Numbered from the stretch's first letter, positions 12,909 to 30,857 are shown. The stretch: DNA of 64,000 nucleotides from Haliotis rufescens (GCF_023055435.1 NW_025964235.1:868001-932000), one strand, 5' to 3'. Numbers and translations are program-made. Notes: generated from the letters alone by a model not told the origin.

Positions 12909-14866
12909 CAATCTGTTTGTCCTATGTACTATAGACTTATCTAGGAGCTTGTTTATGTCTGGTTAAGAGATAATCCTATCATAAAAGCTCAAGTTTTTGG
13001 GGCAACAAATTGTATGATTATTTTGGGAATTGACTGGCACATCATGTGCCAGGTAGATCACAAAAATATATTTTGGGCATATTTCAAGAATGAAAACTTA
13101 GTCTTACAAGTACAGTGAGCATGTGGTAGAAAAATGCTTCACATTCAACTGATTTCAAACATCCTTTCAGCAAACTAGAATAATACTGATTTGTTCAATG
13201 GTGTTGTGGAGAAGAGGTTATAGGTCAATCCAAACGGATGGATGAATGACAGATGGCAGACAAAGACCCCTTGTCAAAGTGATCCCAAAATTGCCCGAAC
13301 AAAGTATTGGATAACACCAATCTTCGCAGAAGATGATGTCAATCACTGGATTGTCTGGTTCTGAATTTTGCAACAAGCATGTGGACGTATTGCTTAATTT
13401 TAATCATTTTAATCATTGGATCTGGTTCCCATTTATTGCTAAAACATTATCATAATCTCCTGCATGTCCTGCGCTGTGTTTGGATACTTAAAACAGTTAC
13501 AATCTTATTCACATTCATTTTGTGTGTAACAGTGTAACTGTGGTTTCTGGTGGGAGTCTGCAGTGAAAGATGAGGTATGATGCTAGTCCTTATAATGCCC
13601 TATGCATGTAGGTTACAGTAGAGACAGGAGCTATCACTACTGGTTTATGATACACCACACATAGGATGACCATTATGAAGGAGTGCCCAGTGAAGTAACA
13701 TCAGGCATGTATGATGTGTTGTGATGAAATGTATAGTAATTCTGGGCACAATACAGTTTGTATATTCATTTCTCTCATTATAATGCCCCAAGCAATGCAG
13801 TATCTCTTGACACTGCTTGTCTGGTTAACTTCTCAATAGCAGAACAGACACTACTGTTTGTTTGTTGTTTAACACTGCACTCAGGAATATTCAAGCTATA
13901 TGACGACAGTCTGTAAATAATCAAGTCTGGCCCGGACAATCCAGTGATCGATAGCATGAGCATCGATCCACGCAATTGGGATATGATGACATGATGAAGC
14001 ATGGGTTGCTAAAGACCTATTCACCTTCACAGGTTACAGACACTACTGATCATGCTGATGATCCATATCACATAAAAAGTCATAATCTCATCATTACTCA
14101 GACTTGCGTAAAGAACATTATTATAATCAAATAAACAGCTACCAATGTTGGAAATTATGGGAAATCCAAGGGTCTTTGAAATTTGCTGCAATAGCATCTG
14201 AATGTAGACACCCCCCTTAAGTCTTTAATATTCAACATAAGGGTCATGACAACGATGCCTTAACTTTCATGGCTAATTTGAAACATTGCTGCACCAAGCA
14301 ATTGACGTACTGGTACATGTAATATTGACATCCAGTATCAGTGTTTTCAGAGCAAATTATGCTTGCAATTGATGTTGATAAAGACCAAGGTTACAATTGG
14401 TTTTCAGCAACCCATGATTGTCATAAGAGTCAACAGGTGGTCGGATGGTCAGACTTGCATCGTATCTCAATTTCATAGATCAATACTCATGATGTAAATC
14501 ACTGGATTGTCTGGTTCTGACTTAATTATTTAAAGACTGCCAATATTGCTGGGTGCAGCATTAAACAACAAACAAACAAATGATGTTGATAATACAGCCT
14601 ACAGTTCTGCAGCTCACCAATTCTATGTGGCGACGTCCAAGGCTGATCCTGGTGACATCATCATGTCCATATAATCCACATACCATTTATGGATATAAGT
14701 GAAGATTCACTCACATTCTAAAAATATGTTCTCCACAATATTAGCAAAGAGTTATTATCTTAAAACTTAAATCTACAATTTTTTAAATGAAGTTAAAGTG
14801 ATAATGCTTCGTAAGTCTACATAAGACCTATGATCAGATGAATGAAGATGAGATTGAGCTGCCACT

Positions 14867-19205
<4,339 letters not shown>

Positions 19206-20699
19206 CTGATTAACTTTTGTGTCAAACCCTGAAACAAACCCTGAAATATTTTACAAAAATATACAAAGATAGTGTGAGTATCTAAATCACGTAAACATGG
19301 AAAATATCATCTTTGAAATTTGACATACTGATATCATATATAAAGTCACTCTGAGCACTGTTTAGACATTAAAAAGTAAAGAATGAAATCTGTCAAAACT
19401 TTTACAGCTTCCCCCATGTTGATGTTGCAAAATCTGTACAATGTGTTGGCTAAACATGCTAAAGCTTAAACATTTATTAGGGCCTATAGACTTATTAACT
19501 GCATTTTAATTTGCAACAAATTGGTCACCTTGGTCATTTGTTGGTAAGGAATGTTTCATTGTTTTTCACCATGGTGACAGTTGTTCTTGATGTTTACACG
19601 GCACAATTTTGTTATTGGGAATGTTATTGGCAACATTAAAACATGCTAAATAATGAATATGTTAAAGGTATCATGTGAGTAGAAATAACTATGGATAATG
19701 GCAGATCAATAGAAATATATATCAATCAAAGTATTGTACTTCAAACAGTGTATCATTGGTACTCTCATAATGCTAATAACAGATTGGCATATGATGATTG
19801 TGAATAATGACAATTATTGTACTTTCAACAATGTTCAATATTACTCATTTCAGAGTTGTGGAAATTGTCTCCATAATACTTGTTTGTGTTGCACTCACAC
19901 GCAGATTTCGTGTTTAGGTTAATGTCTTCTCGAAATATTTGTTTGCTCAAATATTTTAAAGTGAGAATATGAATACATGGCAGATAGATATACAGTAAAA
20001 TACATCCAACCTTAGCATGATTATTAGAATTATCTGTTCTGATAATTTCTGAACATGACAAGACTGAAGAGAATATAGGATTGGCAACTGACATGTACTT
20101 TGCCAGTCCCTGGTATCCTTTGCATCAAACATAATACAAAAAAGAGGGAAACATGCCCCCTTCAAAACTCAGAAACATAAGATCGATCTATTTCAATGTA
20201 AATATATAAAATGCATAATTCGCTGTGGTACATAAAGATAAGGACTGTCAAAGTACATCCTACCAGTGCGAACATGGTGACGGCCACACTCAGCATGTTC
20301 AGCCACTGTGGTGTTGTTGTTTTTCTATTACTAGGCTAATCACTTACACTAGCATAGTTCAGTCAGTGGGAAAGAAACTTATGCCTGAAATCCCCTTTTA
20401 ATTCCAAACGGTGCTTTCTAAATGTGTTTATCAACCTCAGCTGACACAAAGATATGACCTGATGATGTCAGCAAGATCACTAGCCACTGTTTATCCTGTT
20501 CATAATCTGACAGTGACTGACAGGTCAAGATCTTCAACTGGTGGCAGACTGACGGGATATTCACAGCTTTAAACCTTCTGTTTCGCAGTTAATACGACAT
20601 AACTTTGTACTTACGGTATGCATAATTAAGAAAAACAGAATCTCGATGTCCGATTGCATTACTTGCGTGAACAATCACTGTCGAAAGAAAGTGACAATG

Positions 20700-20845
20700 A
20701 ACGCAGGCAACAAACGCACGCCATGATTGTTTTGGTATAAAGTCTCGTGAGATCACGTTTTCACATGTGACGACAGATTACCACGTGACCTCGTTTGTGT
20801 ATAAATCCCGAGCATTGAGAAGTTGGCTCGTAAAGCGAAACGACC
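20700..20845. promoter_or_regulatory. Compact bidirectional promoter between GPATCH2 and the TEX43-like gene
   Basis: The GPATCH2 first-exon donor (about 20614) and the TEX43 ATG (20846) are about 230 bp apart, head to head. The region is CpG-richer and contains palindromes TCTCGTGAGA (20743-20752), TCACATGTGA and the E-box CACGTG. Confidence 0.6.
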
Positions 20846-23800
20846 ATGTCCAAGAATATCGATACCAACTTCGCCAAGAACTGTTACACCAACAGTCGGG
20901 TGCGGTAAGTCAAAGTTTACACATAATTGAAACATAATGTTGCAAATGTACAATGAATCAACCAAGATTTATGTCAAAATAGAGAAAATGTAATGCGCGT
21001 TGCTAATGGCAACCATCATGCTTTAACTCGTGTGTTATGATTAATTGTCAGAGTTAATATGGGGATCTGTTTGGTCTGATTGGGAACAGCTGTGTATGCT
21101 ATGAGTATATCATAACGTACTGCTATCAATTAAATAGGAAAATATTTCAAAATTTCAAAACAAAATAGTAGATTACTAAAACTCGAAAACATCGGATCCA
21201 TCTCGATCACAGCGAGCTGTCTGCACATACCGGATATATTTAGAATACCTCGGCGACACAAATCCAAATTAATCCTCAACTTTCTGGAAAGGACGGCGTT
21301 CATTTGATGGTTATATTTGCAATCAAATACTTCCACATGAAAAGAAATGTCCTAGTAGGAGAACACACATTCCCTGATATTTTGACTAGGGAATTAATAC
21401 GCCTTATCTTACAGTGCAAGGGCTGGACAGGACATACGGACTGATATACTGTCTAAACTCAAAACCTTAGTCATGTGCCTACACGAAAATCATGAGAAGG
21501 GGTGATACATTAATTTGTAATACATTTAATTTTTGTGACAGGAATCCTATCAGTCACGACTATGAATGGGTTGGGCTACGATATTTCATTGTCCTGGGAA
21601 GAAAACAGTTTTTGTAACAGTTTGTAACTTACTTTGAATGCCTGTAATATACGCTTCATGTTTTTCCTTGATTACTTTGACGTCATCGTTGCCATGGTGA
21701 CATGCTGACTGATGTGATTGTCAGCCAACATGTGGATAATTGTTTACATCACTGGTTTGTCTATGTAAACAGTGTGCATGGTGTACGGCTGTCAGAGTGC
21801 ACACTATATGTTTCATATTGTCTAGTGGTAGCCGCGGCACGACTGTAGGGTAAACTAAGTACCGTATTTCCTCTATTAGACGCCCGGGATTCTATTTATT
21901 TCGGACAGGCCTTTGACCCGGCGTCAATTAGAGGCCCTGCGTCTATTCGAGGCCCGGCATCTATTAATACCCCCATTTCACTATGACCACGAATGTCCCG
22001 AATGTCAATTGATGGACCGGGCGTCTATTAGAGGTCCGGCTTCTATTTTTTGCACTGAACAATTGACCCGGCTTCTATTAGAGGCCGGCGTCTAATAGAG
22101 GAAATACGGTACAATTCTGATTTAGTCGTGTGTCCAGTTGTACAATAGCTGTGGTAGCAGTATCGCCTCTTCCTTGTTTTTATATCACGATATATAGAAG
22201 CATCTGATATATAACGAGGTAGGGGAAGGCAAGCTAGTTTTCCAAACTCTCTGGTTAAGGGCATCTCCTTAACGGAAACTGACTGGACCTAATTTATTGC
22301 AGGGTGCCCGACTACTCCCGTCTCCACCCGATGGTGCCCCGCCTATACACACAGGAGTGGAAGACAGACATGAAGAACAGGGAGCTCATCCTCAAGGTAG
22401 AGCAACACTGACAGCCGCTCACCAGCTTCCCCTGTCAATTCACGATCATGCATTTTTTGCGCCCAGGGCGCCGTTCCACTAAGCGATCTCAACGCTAACA
22501 CGATAGCGAATCCCATACTTTAACATAGGTTTACGGCATTGGGTGCCGTTGTACAGAGCCATCTTAGCGCCAAGGTGATCAGTAACTTCCATACCTCTAC
22601 ACAGACTTACGACAGGCGTAGCGCTAAGGTTGTTTTGTACAACGGCACCGATCTTTGAGCTAAGACGATCGTAACTCCCATACTTTGACATAGACTTACA
22701 AGAATCGTAGCGCTAAGATCACTTTGTGGAACAGGGCCCAAGACTGCCCGGTGTCGTTGTCAGTAACTATACAACAGGGAGGCTACTGACGACCGTATCC
22801 TTATTGTGTAGATCGATGCCCCTGATGTCATGCAATGGATTGTCTGGTCCAGACCCGAGTATTTACATACCATCGTCATATAGCTGGAATGTTGTTGAGT
22901 GCGGAGTTAGACAACGAACAAACACTATGTTTGACAGGATATGTAATCAGATTGAACTTGATATGACCCCATAGTGTCCCCGTTTCAAAAAAGCTTGGCG
23001 CTGCGACATTGGATTTACGATCTCCTTAGCTCTACGATCGCTCAGTGCAACCGAGCTCAGAAACTTATAATGTGACAAGTACTATGCCCAACCAAAGACG
23101 TATATATACGTATCCCTATATTCCTTTGGCCCAACGTAGAAGATATTTCCTCCCAGAGGCCTTAGAAGCCTGCATGCTTGTAATAGAGTCGACTCTAATG
23201 GGGATCGGGTGGTTAGGTGATAGAGCTGCACTATTGCTGCATGGTAAACACATTTAACTCTCACTCAGCCTTTCTCTCATCAGCAACATGGGTCGGCGTT
23301 GTTCACAAACAGGCCGAATGTTGTTAGGACCGCGGGTAAGTCAGGGGATAACTGGCCTGCCCATACCAACACAGGTGTTTGCTTATCGACTGAACAGTAC
23401 TTTTGAAAAACAAATGTAGAATGATGTAGGCAGTAAAATGATCTAAGAGTGGATTTTGATATTTTGTACCCCTCCCTTTTAAAAAAGCTGTATTCACCCT
23501 TGGTACATTCTAGATCATACTTTCGCATGTACATATTAACGTATGAGGTGACGTCAGCATAATCATTAGTTTATGCGTGTTATTTAAGGAGTGAGTGACT
23601 ATAATTGTACGTCACTTTTGGCACTGTTCCAGCAGTGACAGGGACGCCAAGGATTGTCTTTATGTATTGTACGTATAGTCATGGGGGAAATACAATGCGG
23701 AAACATCGTTGATGGAGTGTCATCGTACTGGACGACGTATGAGTCTCTAGATTGTCTGGTCCAGATTGGATTATTTACAGGTCGCCGTCATGTAGCTGGA

Positions 23801-24162
23801 ATACTGAGTGTTGCGTTAAGCAACAAACAATCAATACTTTGTTGCCAGTGCTTCTATTGTAGGCTACTGAATCTACATGCGTTTTCACACGATGGTTAAT
23901 TACAAAAGCGCTATGTCATGTTTGATTAAATGGCATGTTTCAGAATGCTGACTTGGGAGGCATCCCCCATTACGAGCACGACGAGAACATGTTCCTTGAG
24001 AAACGAGAACAAATGGCCTACAACGTGGAGGTACGGAACCGCGTGGAGAGCAAGTGCCCGCTGCCAGACCGCGCCCACCTCCTCCGCCCCCCCTTCCACC
24101 ACGAGGCGTCCAAGTACCAGAGCTCGCTCATGTACAGAAGCGATAACAAAGACTTCGCCTGA
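20846..24162 (+). CDS. TEX43: TEX43/SPMIP10-like small sperm/cilia microtubule protein, 3 exons, 123 aa
   Basis: Exons 20846-20904, 22303-22396 and 23944-24162 (372 nt, phases match). The translation MSKNIDTNFAKNCYTNSRVRVPDYSRLHPMVPRLYTQEWKTDMKNRELILKNADLGGIPHYEHDENMFLEKREQM...PPFHHEASKYQSS aligns by eye to my recollection of the TEX43 pattern (P.FS....MIPR.YV.PWK.NM..R...LK.A...GI......SLFL...ERL...P.HS..S.YQS). Confidence 0.75.
20999..21013. promoter_or_regulatory. RFX X-box
   Basis: GTTGCTAATGGCAAC matches the palindromic X-box consensus and lies about 95 bp into intron 1 of a cilia/sperm-type gene. Confidence 0.55.
21862..22109. mobile_element. Tc1/mariner(pogo)-type MITE
   Basis: TIR CCGTATTTCCTCTATTAGACGCC, TA target duplication, internal GCGTCTATTAGAGGCC repeats. 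Confidence 0.82.
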
Positions 24163-25218
24163 TTCATAACATGGTGCTGAGAAAAATGTGAAATTGATTT
24201 AAATTATGTTCTGATAAATAATTAAGATCAAGAAATACTTGTCTCTGTTGTGCACGTTTAGGCCTTTATTTGAGTCCCTATAAACCGGTGTTGTGGTCAT
24301 AACACGTGAACGTCTGAGTTTATACATTTGAAATTCGGTGATAATTCGTTTATCAAAGTTATGTGTGTATATAAACACTTTATGTTTGTCACATATGGCA
24401 TTATTTTATGTCATGTATCTATATATGACAATGTTGTGTTTGTTTATGAGTGTGTTTTTTTATTTTTCACGAATTAGTCCCGATTGTCTAGCGTTTGGCC
24501 ATGTCAGTATTATGATTGCACAGCAGTATTATATGTTGAATGTGTTAGGGGAGAGTGTGTGTTTCATCTAGTGTCTTTAAAACAATCATGTGTATTACAT
24601 CAAAATACGTTATGCATTATGAATTATATTTCTTGGAGATAAACACTTTTACAAACTTGTCATATAGTTGTTGTTTTTATCATTAATGGACACAGTATTA
24701 ACTCTCTATTTAATTGAACAACAAATATGAAATATAACATAATTAATAATCAGTGTTCCTTTATGCCTTACTCAGCAAAATTCCAGGAAAATGACGGAGG
24801 CCTGTAAATAATCGAGTCTGGATCTAGTGATTGATATTATTATTGTGCAACTTGTCACGCCGTCGGAGTACGATGACGCAATCAACCGCATCGACCAGCG
24901 TTATCACCCATCCATTAAGTCGCCTCCGCGAAAAGAATTGGTTGTTGGGGACTTATTTTAATCCGGAATCCTCACGATTATTAAGCGAGCGACCGAGATT
25001 TCACTGCCTTAAAGTTACATCACAGCCAGTCGGATTAATTTAATTCTGAAGTGATGCAGGCAGGTCCTGGGCCTCTAGCACTCCATTGATGGTACTATAG
25101 TAACGCCAGCCCTACGCCGATCTAGCCTCATTAGAGTCCGATTTGAATTTACGAGTTGCCGTCCAATCAAATTACACACATGTGCGAGGGGAATGATGTG
25201 CAGCGATTACTGATAAGG

Positions 25219-25352
25219 GTGTGAGTGTATAAGGTTTTACGCCGCTTTTAGCAATGTCCCAGCAATATCACGGCGGGGGACACAAGAAATGGGCTTCACA
25301 TATTGTACCCATGTTGGGAATCGAACTCGGGTCTTCGGCGTGACGAGCGAAC
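25219..25352 (-). mobile_element. SINE family A, 5'-truncated
   Basis: Sequence similarity to the 54087 copy. Confidence 0.8.
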
Positions 25353-25497
25353 ATTTTGTTTAAAAAGATTATTTTTGTCATTTAATTATAGAACAAAAAT
25401 CAAAAACCTATTCGTTTATCAAATGAACAGAAATTTTGCTTTCCGAAAACTCTCACATGCATATCCAATGCTATGAATCTTGAATAAGACCCCCACC

Positions 25498-25734
25498 TAT
25501 GGAATACTGTAAGGGACATTCTCGCGATATCGCATTCTCGCGATCTCGACCTTTGGAAATGAGGTAAATATGCCCAAAACACGAGAATGCGAGATCGCGA
25601 GAACGCGAGATTTTGGCCAAATCTCGCGTTCTCGCGATCTCGCATTCTCGTGTTTTGGGCATATTTACCTCGTTTCCAAAGGTCGAGATCGCGAGAATAC
25701 GAGATCGCGAGAATGTCCCTTACAGTATTCCATA
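25498..25734. mobile_element. Fully palindromic MITE, IS3EU-like termini
   Basis: 237-bp near-perfect hairpin with termini TATGG...CCATA and 6-bp TSD CCCACC. Confidence 0.8.
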
Positions 25735-26578
25735 CCCACCCCTACCTCTAAACCAGTCAAGCCACGTACACCGAATGACAGCATATACGAACATGCAATT
25801 TAGCACCTACGTAATACTATGAGTTGTCATGACGACCAAGCCACACGTGTTGCAGGGTAGGAATATATTTACTAGCCATGGCATACAGATTGAAAGAGCC
25901 AAAGAAATTATACCTCTCAGATGAGATTATATGGTCGACTGTTTCTGACTGACTGTTGTTTAACGCCGCACTCGGCAATATTCCAGCTATATGGCGGCGG
26001 TCTATAAATAATCGAGTCTGGACCAGAGAATCCACGCAATAGTCGCCTCTTACGACAAGTATGTTTGATGTCCAACTGAAAATATCTTAAGATAGAGATA
26101 TCATGTGTCCAGAAAATGAACTGTAATGGCGCATAGTTCGAACTCAATACTTGTCCATGGTGTTATTTTTATCAATATAATTCATTTTAAAACTAAAATA
26201 AAATAATAATAATTAGATTAATACACAACTGGTGATAGGTATCTTAGATTTCCTATTTTTGAAAATCAATACTTTTACATTTTTCGGAACACATTTGCTG
26301 CAAACATGGTAGGGGTCACGTGGTTGCCATTTCATTTCCTACCCCAGTCTTCATTGAACTAATATATTTTCACACACAATTGCCCAGCCACAAATTGCTT
26401 TTTACAAACTCTTCCTGAAATGAGTGATGGTAAAATATACATGATCAAAGTTAACAGTTCTTTCAATTTTCAATTACTTAAAAAACAAACTCGGTCTACT
26501 CATCTTTTGCCCTGTGTAAACGTAGTGCTTCAAGGATCATCAAATTCACCTTAATGTATAAAGATTGGGATACATAAT

Positions 26579-26820
26579 TACGGTGGCGCATAAGGGACAT
26601 GGAGTTTTTCCATATTTTGATATTTCACTTACTTTTATCGTAACCTTTTTGCAAATTAACACGATTTGTCTTACAAATATGCGATAAATCATGTGTAAAG
26701 AAGATATTGAATCGCTGAAAAGTGAAACGAAAATGTCAAAAACTAAAATGAAAATACAGAAAAACTATTTTCAACGCGGTGGAAATATTATAGACTCCAT
26801 GTCCCTTATAGGCTGCCGTA
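26579..26820. mobile_element. MITE, IS3EU-like termini
   Basis: TIRs TACGG..CATAAGGGACATGGAG / CTCCATGTCCCTTATA..CCGTA; 6-bp TSD CATAAT/CATAGT. Confidence 0.72.
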
Positions 26821-28832
26821 CATAGTCATGAGGCTGTAAAATAAATTATAACTATTACAGGGTGTGTACATACCATCCTGTATTCGCCAGACCCCTTAGG
26901 TTGAGATATAAGGCCCCCGGGTGTCGCCAGGGACGTCCTCGCTCCTATACCTGTCACCGTCAGCTCACTACAATAGGTGTGAAGCCAGACAAAGTGCCAG
27001 ACACCTAGTCCCTGACTGTCCACATCCCAGTATTAAGTTATCACACTTGAATTTGTTGCCAGGAAACGATATATATACACACTTGTTTAAACGTCTCGGC
27101 CCAAACTTGTCTTTTGTAGTTGACTCAGCACAGATAAAGGCTACTGAGGTTATGATGAAACTCGGGACTTCAGTCCAACAAGGAGCGGTCGGTCGGCAGG
27201 TCAGAAAGCTGGTTCCCGGCTCCCGATGCGCGTCGTCCAAACGCCTGTCTCCCATATACTTAGGACTTAATTCATATGCCAGACTTTTTTCCGAACCCTG
27301 GCGACAGAACAGTCATTTTCTGATGCGTAAACAATGTCAATTTGCTGTTTCAGCAAACAAAACACAGAAGTGTCTAAATCGATCGAGTAACGAGTTAATG
27401 CACATTTTAGAGCATTAACTCTATTCAACATTGGAGTGTTACGAAGGTGTCACATCCTGGGAAGGAGCTTGTTATGACGCGTCAAGCAGATGGCGTCATG
27501 AAAAACTATGACGTCATCATGTCTGTATAGAGAGCTCCGCGAACGGGCTATCGCTGTGAGGAGCATGACCCTGTTCACATTTTGAGTTACCATTTAAAAC
27601 CCTGGTGGACGCAAGGCACGTCAGACACTGAAAGATGGTACTAGGTAAATTTGCACTTAGTTTTACACGTGACCTATGGCAGAGATCGTCCTCACGAGAA
27701 GTTGTGGTACTGTATTCTAAAGGTGCTCCACTTATTGTTACCCTGCCTGGCTTGGCATTTTGGGTACAAAGCAGGGACTGGTTGGCTTGTAAAGTGTATC
27801 TGAGTGGGGTATCTATAATAAACTGCTGCATGGTATCTCAGTGGTCTACCACGATAAAACCGGCTTATATCGGGACTAGTACAAACAACTACATACACAC
27901 GTGCAGGCAGTGTGTGAAATCAACACTACTAACCACCCAGGCAAGCTATATGATTTTTACTTGCCAGTTTTAGATTTAGGTAGCATGTTTTATTTTATAT
28001 ACAAAGTGCAAAGAGATATCTGGTAGAAGAGAAAGAAAATGTATTTCAAGTTTCAATAAGTATAAAACGTCAATATTTTATATCAAACATTCTGAACTAG
28101 ACCATCACATGCACATTCCTGAAATCAACCACTTAGAATCTAGATACTGACTCTTTTAAAGGAAGCACTCGTTTCGAACTATCATATTTGACACCAAAAA
28201 GACAATATTATAGCTCATTTGATAGAAAATCAAGTCAGTCCGCCTGACCACTTTGAGTTTATTTTAACTTGCCAGAAAGAAAATATAGTAGCTACTGGCG
28301 ACCGGACAGATGGGCCCCCGTGCATGCACGCCTGTATAGGAGATAATCTTGAACGCGACGTTTAACCCTATTTATAGTCACAGTCACAATGGTATTGACG
28401 TCATAGACGTCCATTGTGCATTATCAACATACATGGAGTACTAAACGAGTCCCCGTTAGATACCCCCTTACTACATCGAGTGTATTTCAAAACCTACCGA
28501 ACGAGGGACAACCACGATGCTTGCACTACCACAATACAAAATAGAAAGCCGTATACTATGTTTCTAACTTAATTTTCGCGAGTTGAGTGATATATCCCAG
28601 TCAACTGAAAACTCTTGACTAGACTCCAGTTAAATGTGTCAACAATACAGTTTTGAGATGCATGCCCAGTGAAAAAAATAGCGGGGTAGGTTAGGTGCTA
28701 CCAACTTCTCCATTATGCGTGATAAAGGTGTGTTGCTATTAAACGGGCGGGGGCGTGTTTTTATCGACGAGTGTTGATATATTTAATATTAAAAGACACG
28801 GGAGTAAGGTTAAATTTTATCATCCAAAACGT

Positions 28833-30456
28833 TTTTTATATGATTTTATTTCTTTTTGGGGTACACAAACAATATGTTTACAGAATATAGTTCACATGCA
28901 AACTTAAATGCATACAAGTTACAAAGTATATATCTATAGATGATAACAAAAACAAAACAAACTATTCCAGTGTCATATTGTTGGATTGTGCAAGTTCGTG
29001 GTTTTAAACGAATAGGTGGTGACAGAGAGACCAAAATGTCATGAACTGTGTGTATTTACATTGTGAATATGATATATTTCTGTCGATGTAATATGAATCG
29101 GTTATTTCTTGTTTGATGCGTGGGAAGTTTGGTATGGTGTAGGAAATGTTTGATTTGAATATGTGTTGCTTTGTTACAGTTATAATATGATTTAATACAT
29201 CATTTCGTTTTTGTTGATTTCCTAATAAAATTGTCAATTTTGGAAATTCTAGTTCTATTCCAGTTTTGTTTTTGATATATTGTATAAGGTTGTTCCAGCA
29301 GGGTCTAGTAATTAACATGCATTCCAAAAAAAAGATAAACCAAAGCAGCACTTAAAAAATTGGAGACCAATTTCGCTATTAAATGTTTCCTATAAGATAA
29401 CATCAGCAACAATAGCAAATAGAATAAAAAAAGTTCTGCCAACAATAATTAACGAAGATCAAAGAGGTTTTATGTCAAAACGATACATTGGAGAATGCAC
29501 TAGATTAATTTATGATATTATGGACTTTACTGAATCATGCATGGAAATCCCATGGTTGTTGTTATTTATAGACTTTGAAAAGGCGTTGATTCAGTAGACT
29601 GGGTTTTCATCCAAGAAGCTTTGACCTTTTTATATATTTTGGACCTTCTAAGTTAAGCACTGGATAAGAACATTCTATCACCATATAAAATCTAGTGTTT
29701 AAGTTAACGGTTTAATGCTACGCACTAATAAAAATATAAACGGAATTAGGATCGACGAGATAGAATATCTAATTTCCCAATTCGCAGACGACACATCTCT
29801 CATATAAGATGGAACTGAAAATTGTCTCCAAAACACCATGACAACTCTTCAAACATATGCGTCTTTTTCAGGCCTAAAAATTTACACAAGCAAAACGCAA
29901 GTGTTGTGGGTTGGCTCACAACGCTTCTCTGATAAATCTCTGTGCAAAAGTAGGAATATCGATTGGTCAAGAAAAAGTTTTACTCTTCTCGGTATCATTT
30001 TTACTCACAATTTGGCAGAAATGGTAGAGTGAGTAAGTGAGTATGGTTTTACGCCGCTTTTAGCAATATTCCAGCAATATCACGGCGGGGGATACCAGAA
30101 ATGGGCTTCACACATTGTAGCCATGTCGGGAATCGAACCCGGGTCTTCTGCGTGACGAGCGAAAGAAATGGTAGAAAGAAAATACAAAGATAAACTTAAA
30201 AGTTTAAAAATCATCATGAACTCATGGTTATCACGTGACCTGACCCCATTAGGTAGAATTACTGTACTAAAAAGTCTTATTTTACCTAAACTAACCCACC
30301 TTTTCTCAACCCTACCTAATCCAAGTGAAAGGTTTATAAAAGAACTCGAAACACTGTGTTTTCGTTTTATATGGAAAAATAAACCAGACGATATAAGTAG
30401 AAATATTATGATGAAACCTTATGAAGAGGGAGGTTTAAGAGTGCCTGATTTTAAAA
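28833..30456. mobile_element. L1/Tx1-clade LINE, 5'-truncated and 5'-inverted, degenerate
   Basis: The ORF2 C-terminus, AATAAA and A-tail lie on - (28833-about 29333). The RT segment (KNWRPISLLN..YKI, QRGF, DFEKA, SQFADD, EGGLRVP) lies on + (about 29325-30456). A 14-bp TSD ATCATCCAAAACGT sits at 28819-28832 and 30457-30470. Confidence 0.88.
30029..30162 (-). mobile_element. tRNA-derived SINE family A, 5'-truncated, nested in the LINE
   Basis: Matches the 54087 copy; TSD AGAAATGGTAGA on both sides. Confidence 0.85.
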
Positions 30457-30559
30457 ATCATCCAAAACGTGCCTCCACAGGAGAAATCACTTTGCAGAAT
30501 ATTGTGACGTCATCGATTACCATGACGTCACCATCTCTGCAATTGAGGCAGGTTAGTTA

Positions 30560-30798
30560 TGTTTGTTTGTTGTTTAACGCCGTACTCAGCAATATTCCAG
30601 CTGTATGACGGCGGTCTGTAAATAATCGAGTATGGACCAGACATCCAATGATTGACTTCATGAATATCGATCCCTGCAATTAGGATACGATGACATGCAT
30701 CAACCAAGTCAGCGAGCCTGACCACCCGATCCCGTTACCCGCCTCTTACGGAAAGCTTAGGTTGCTGAAGACCAATTCTACCCCAGAACTTCACGGGC
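30560..30798 (-). mobile_element. Short retroposon family C (no tRNA head, (AAAC)n tail)
   Basis: Consensus CCCGTGAAGATCCGGGTTAGAAT..GTCTTCAGCAACCCATGCTTGTCGTAAGAGGCGACTAACGGGATCGGGTGG...GCTGGAATATTGCTGAGTGCGGCGTTAAACAACAAAC. There are at least 15 copies or fragments in the window. Confidence 0.85.
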
Positions 30799-30857
30799 TA
30801 GTTCTAAATTTGACACTCGAGATTATTTACTCTTTACAAACTGAAAAACTGGAAGAA

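Noticed and set aside
20455-20527. C/D-box snoRNA-like pattern (TGACCTG ATGATG...CTGA CAGGTCA)
   Set aside because: It is antisense to the host GPATCH2 intron, the C box is imperfect, and I recognise no guide sequence.
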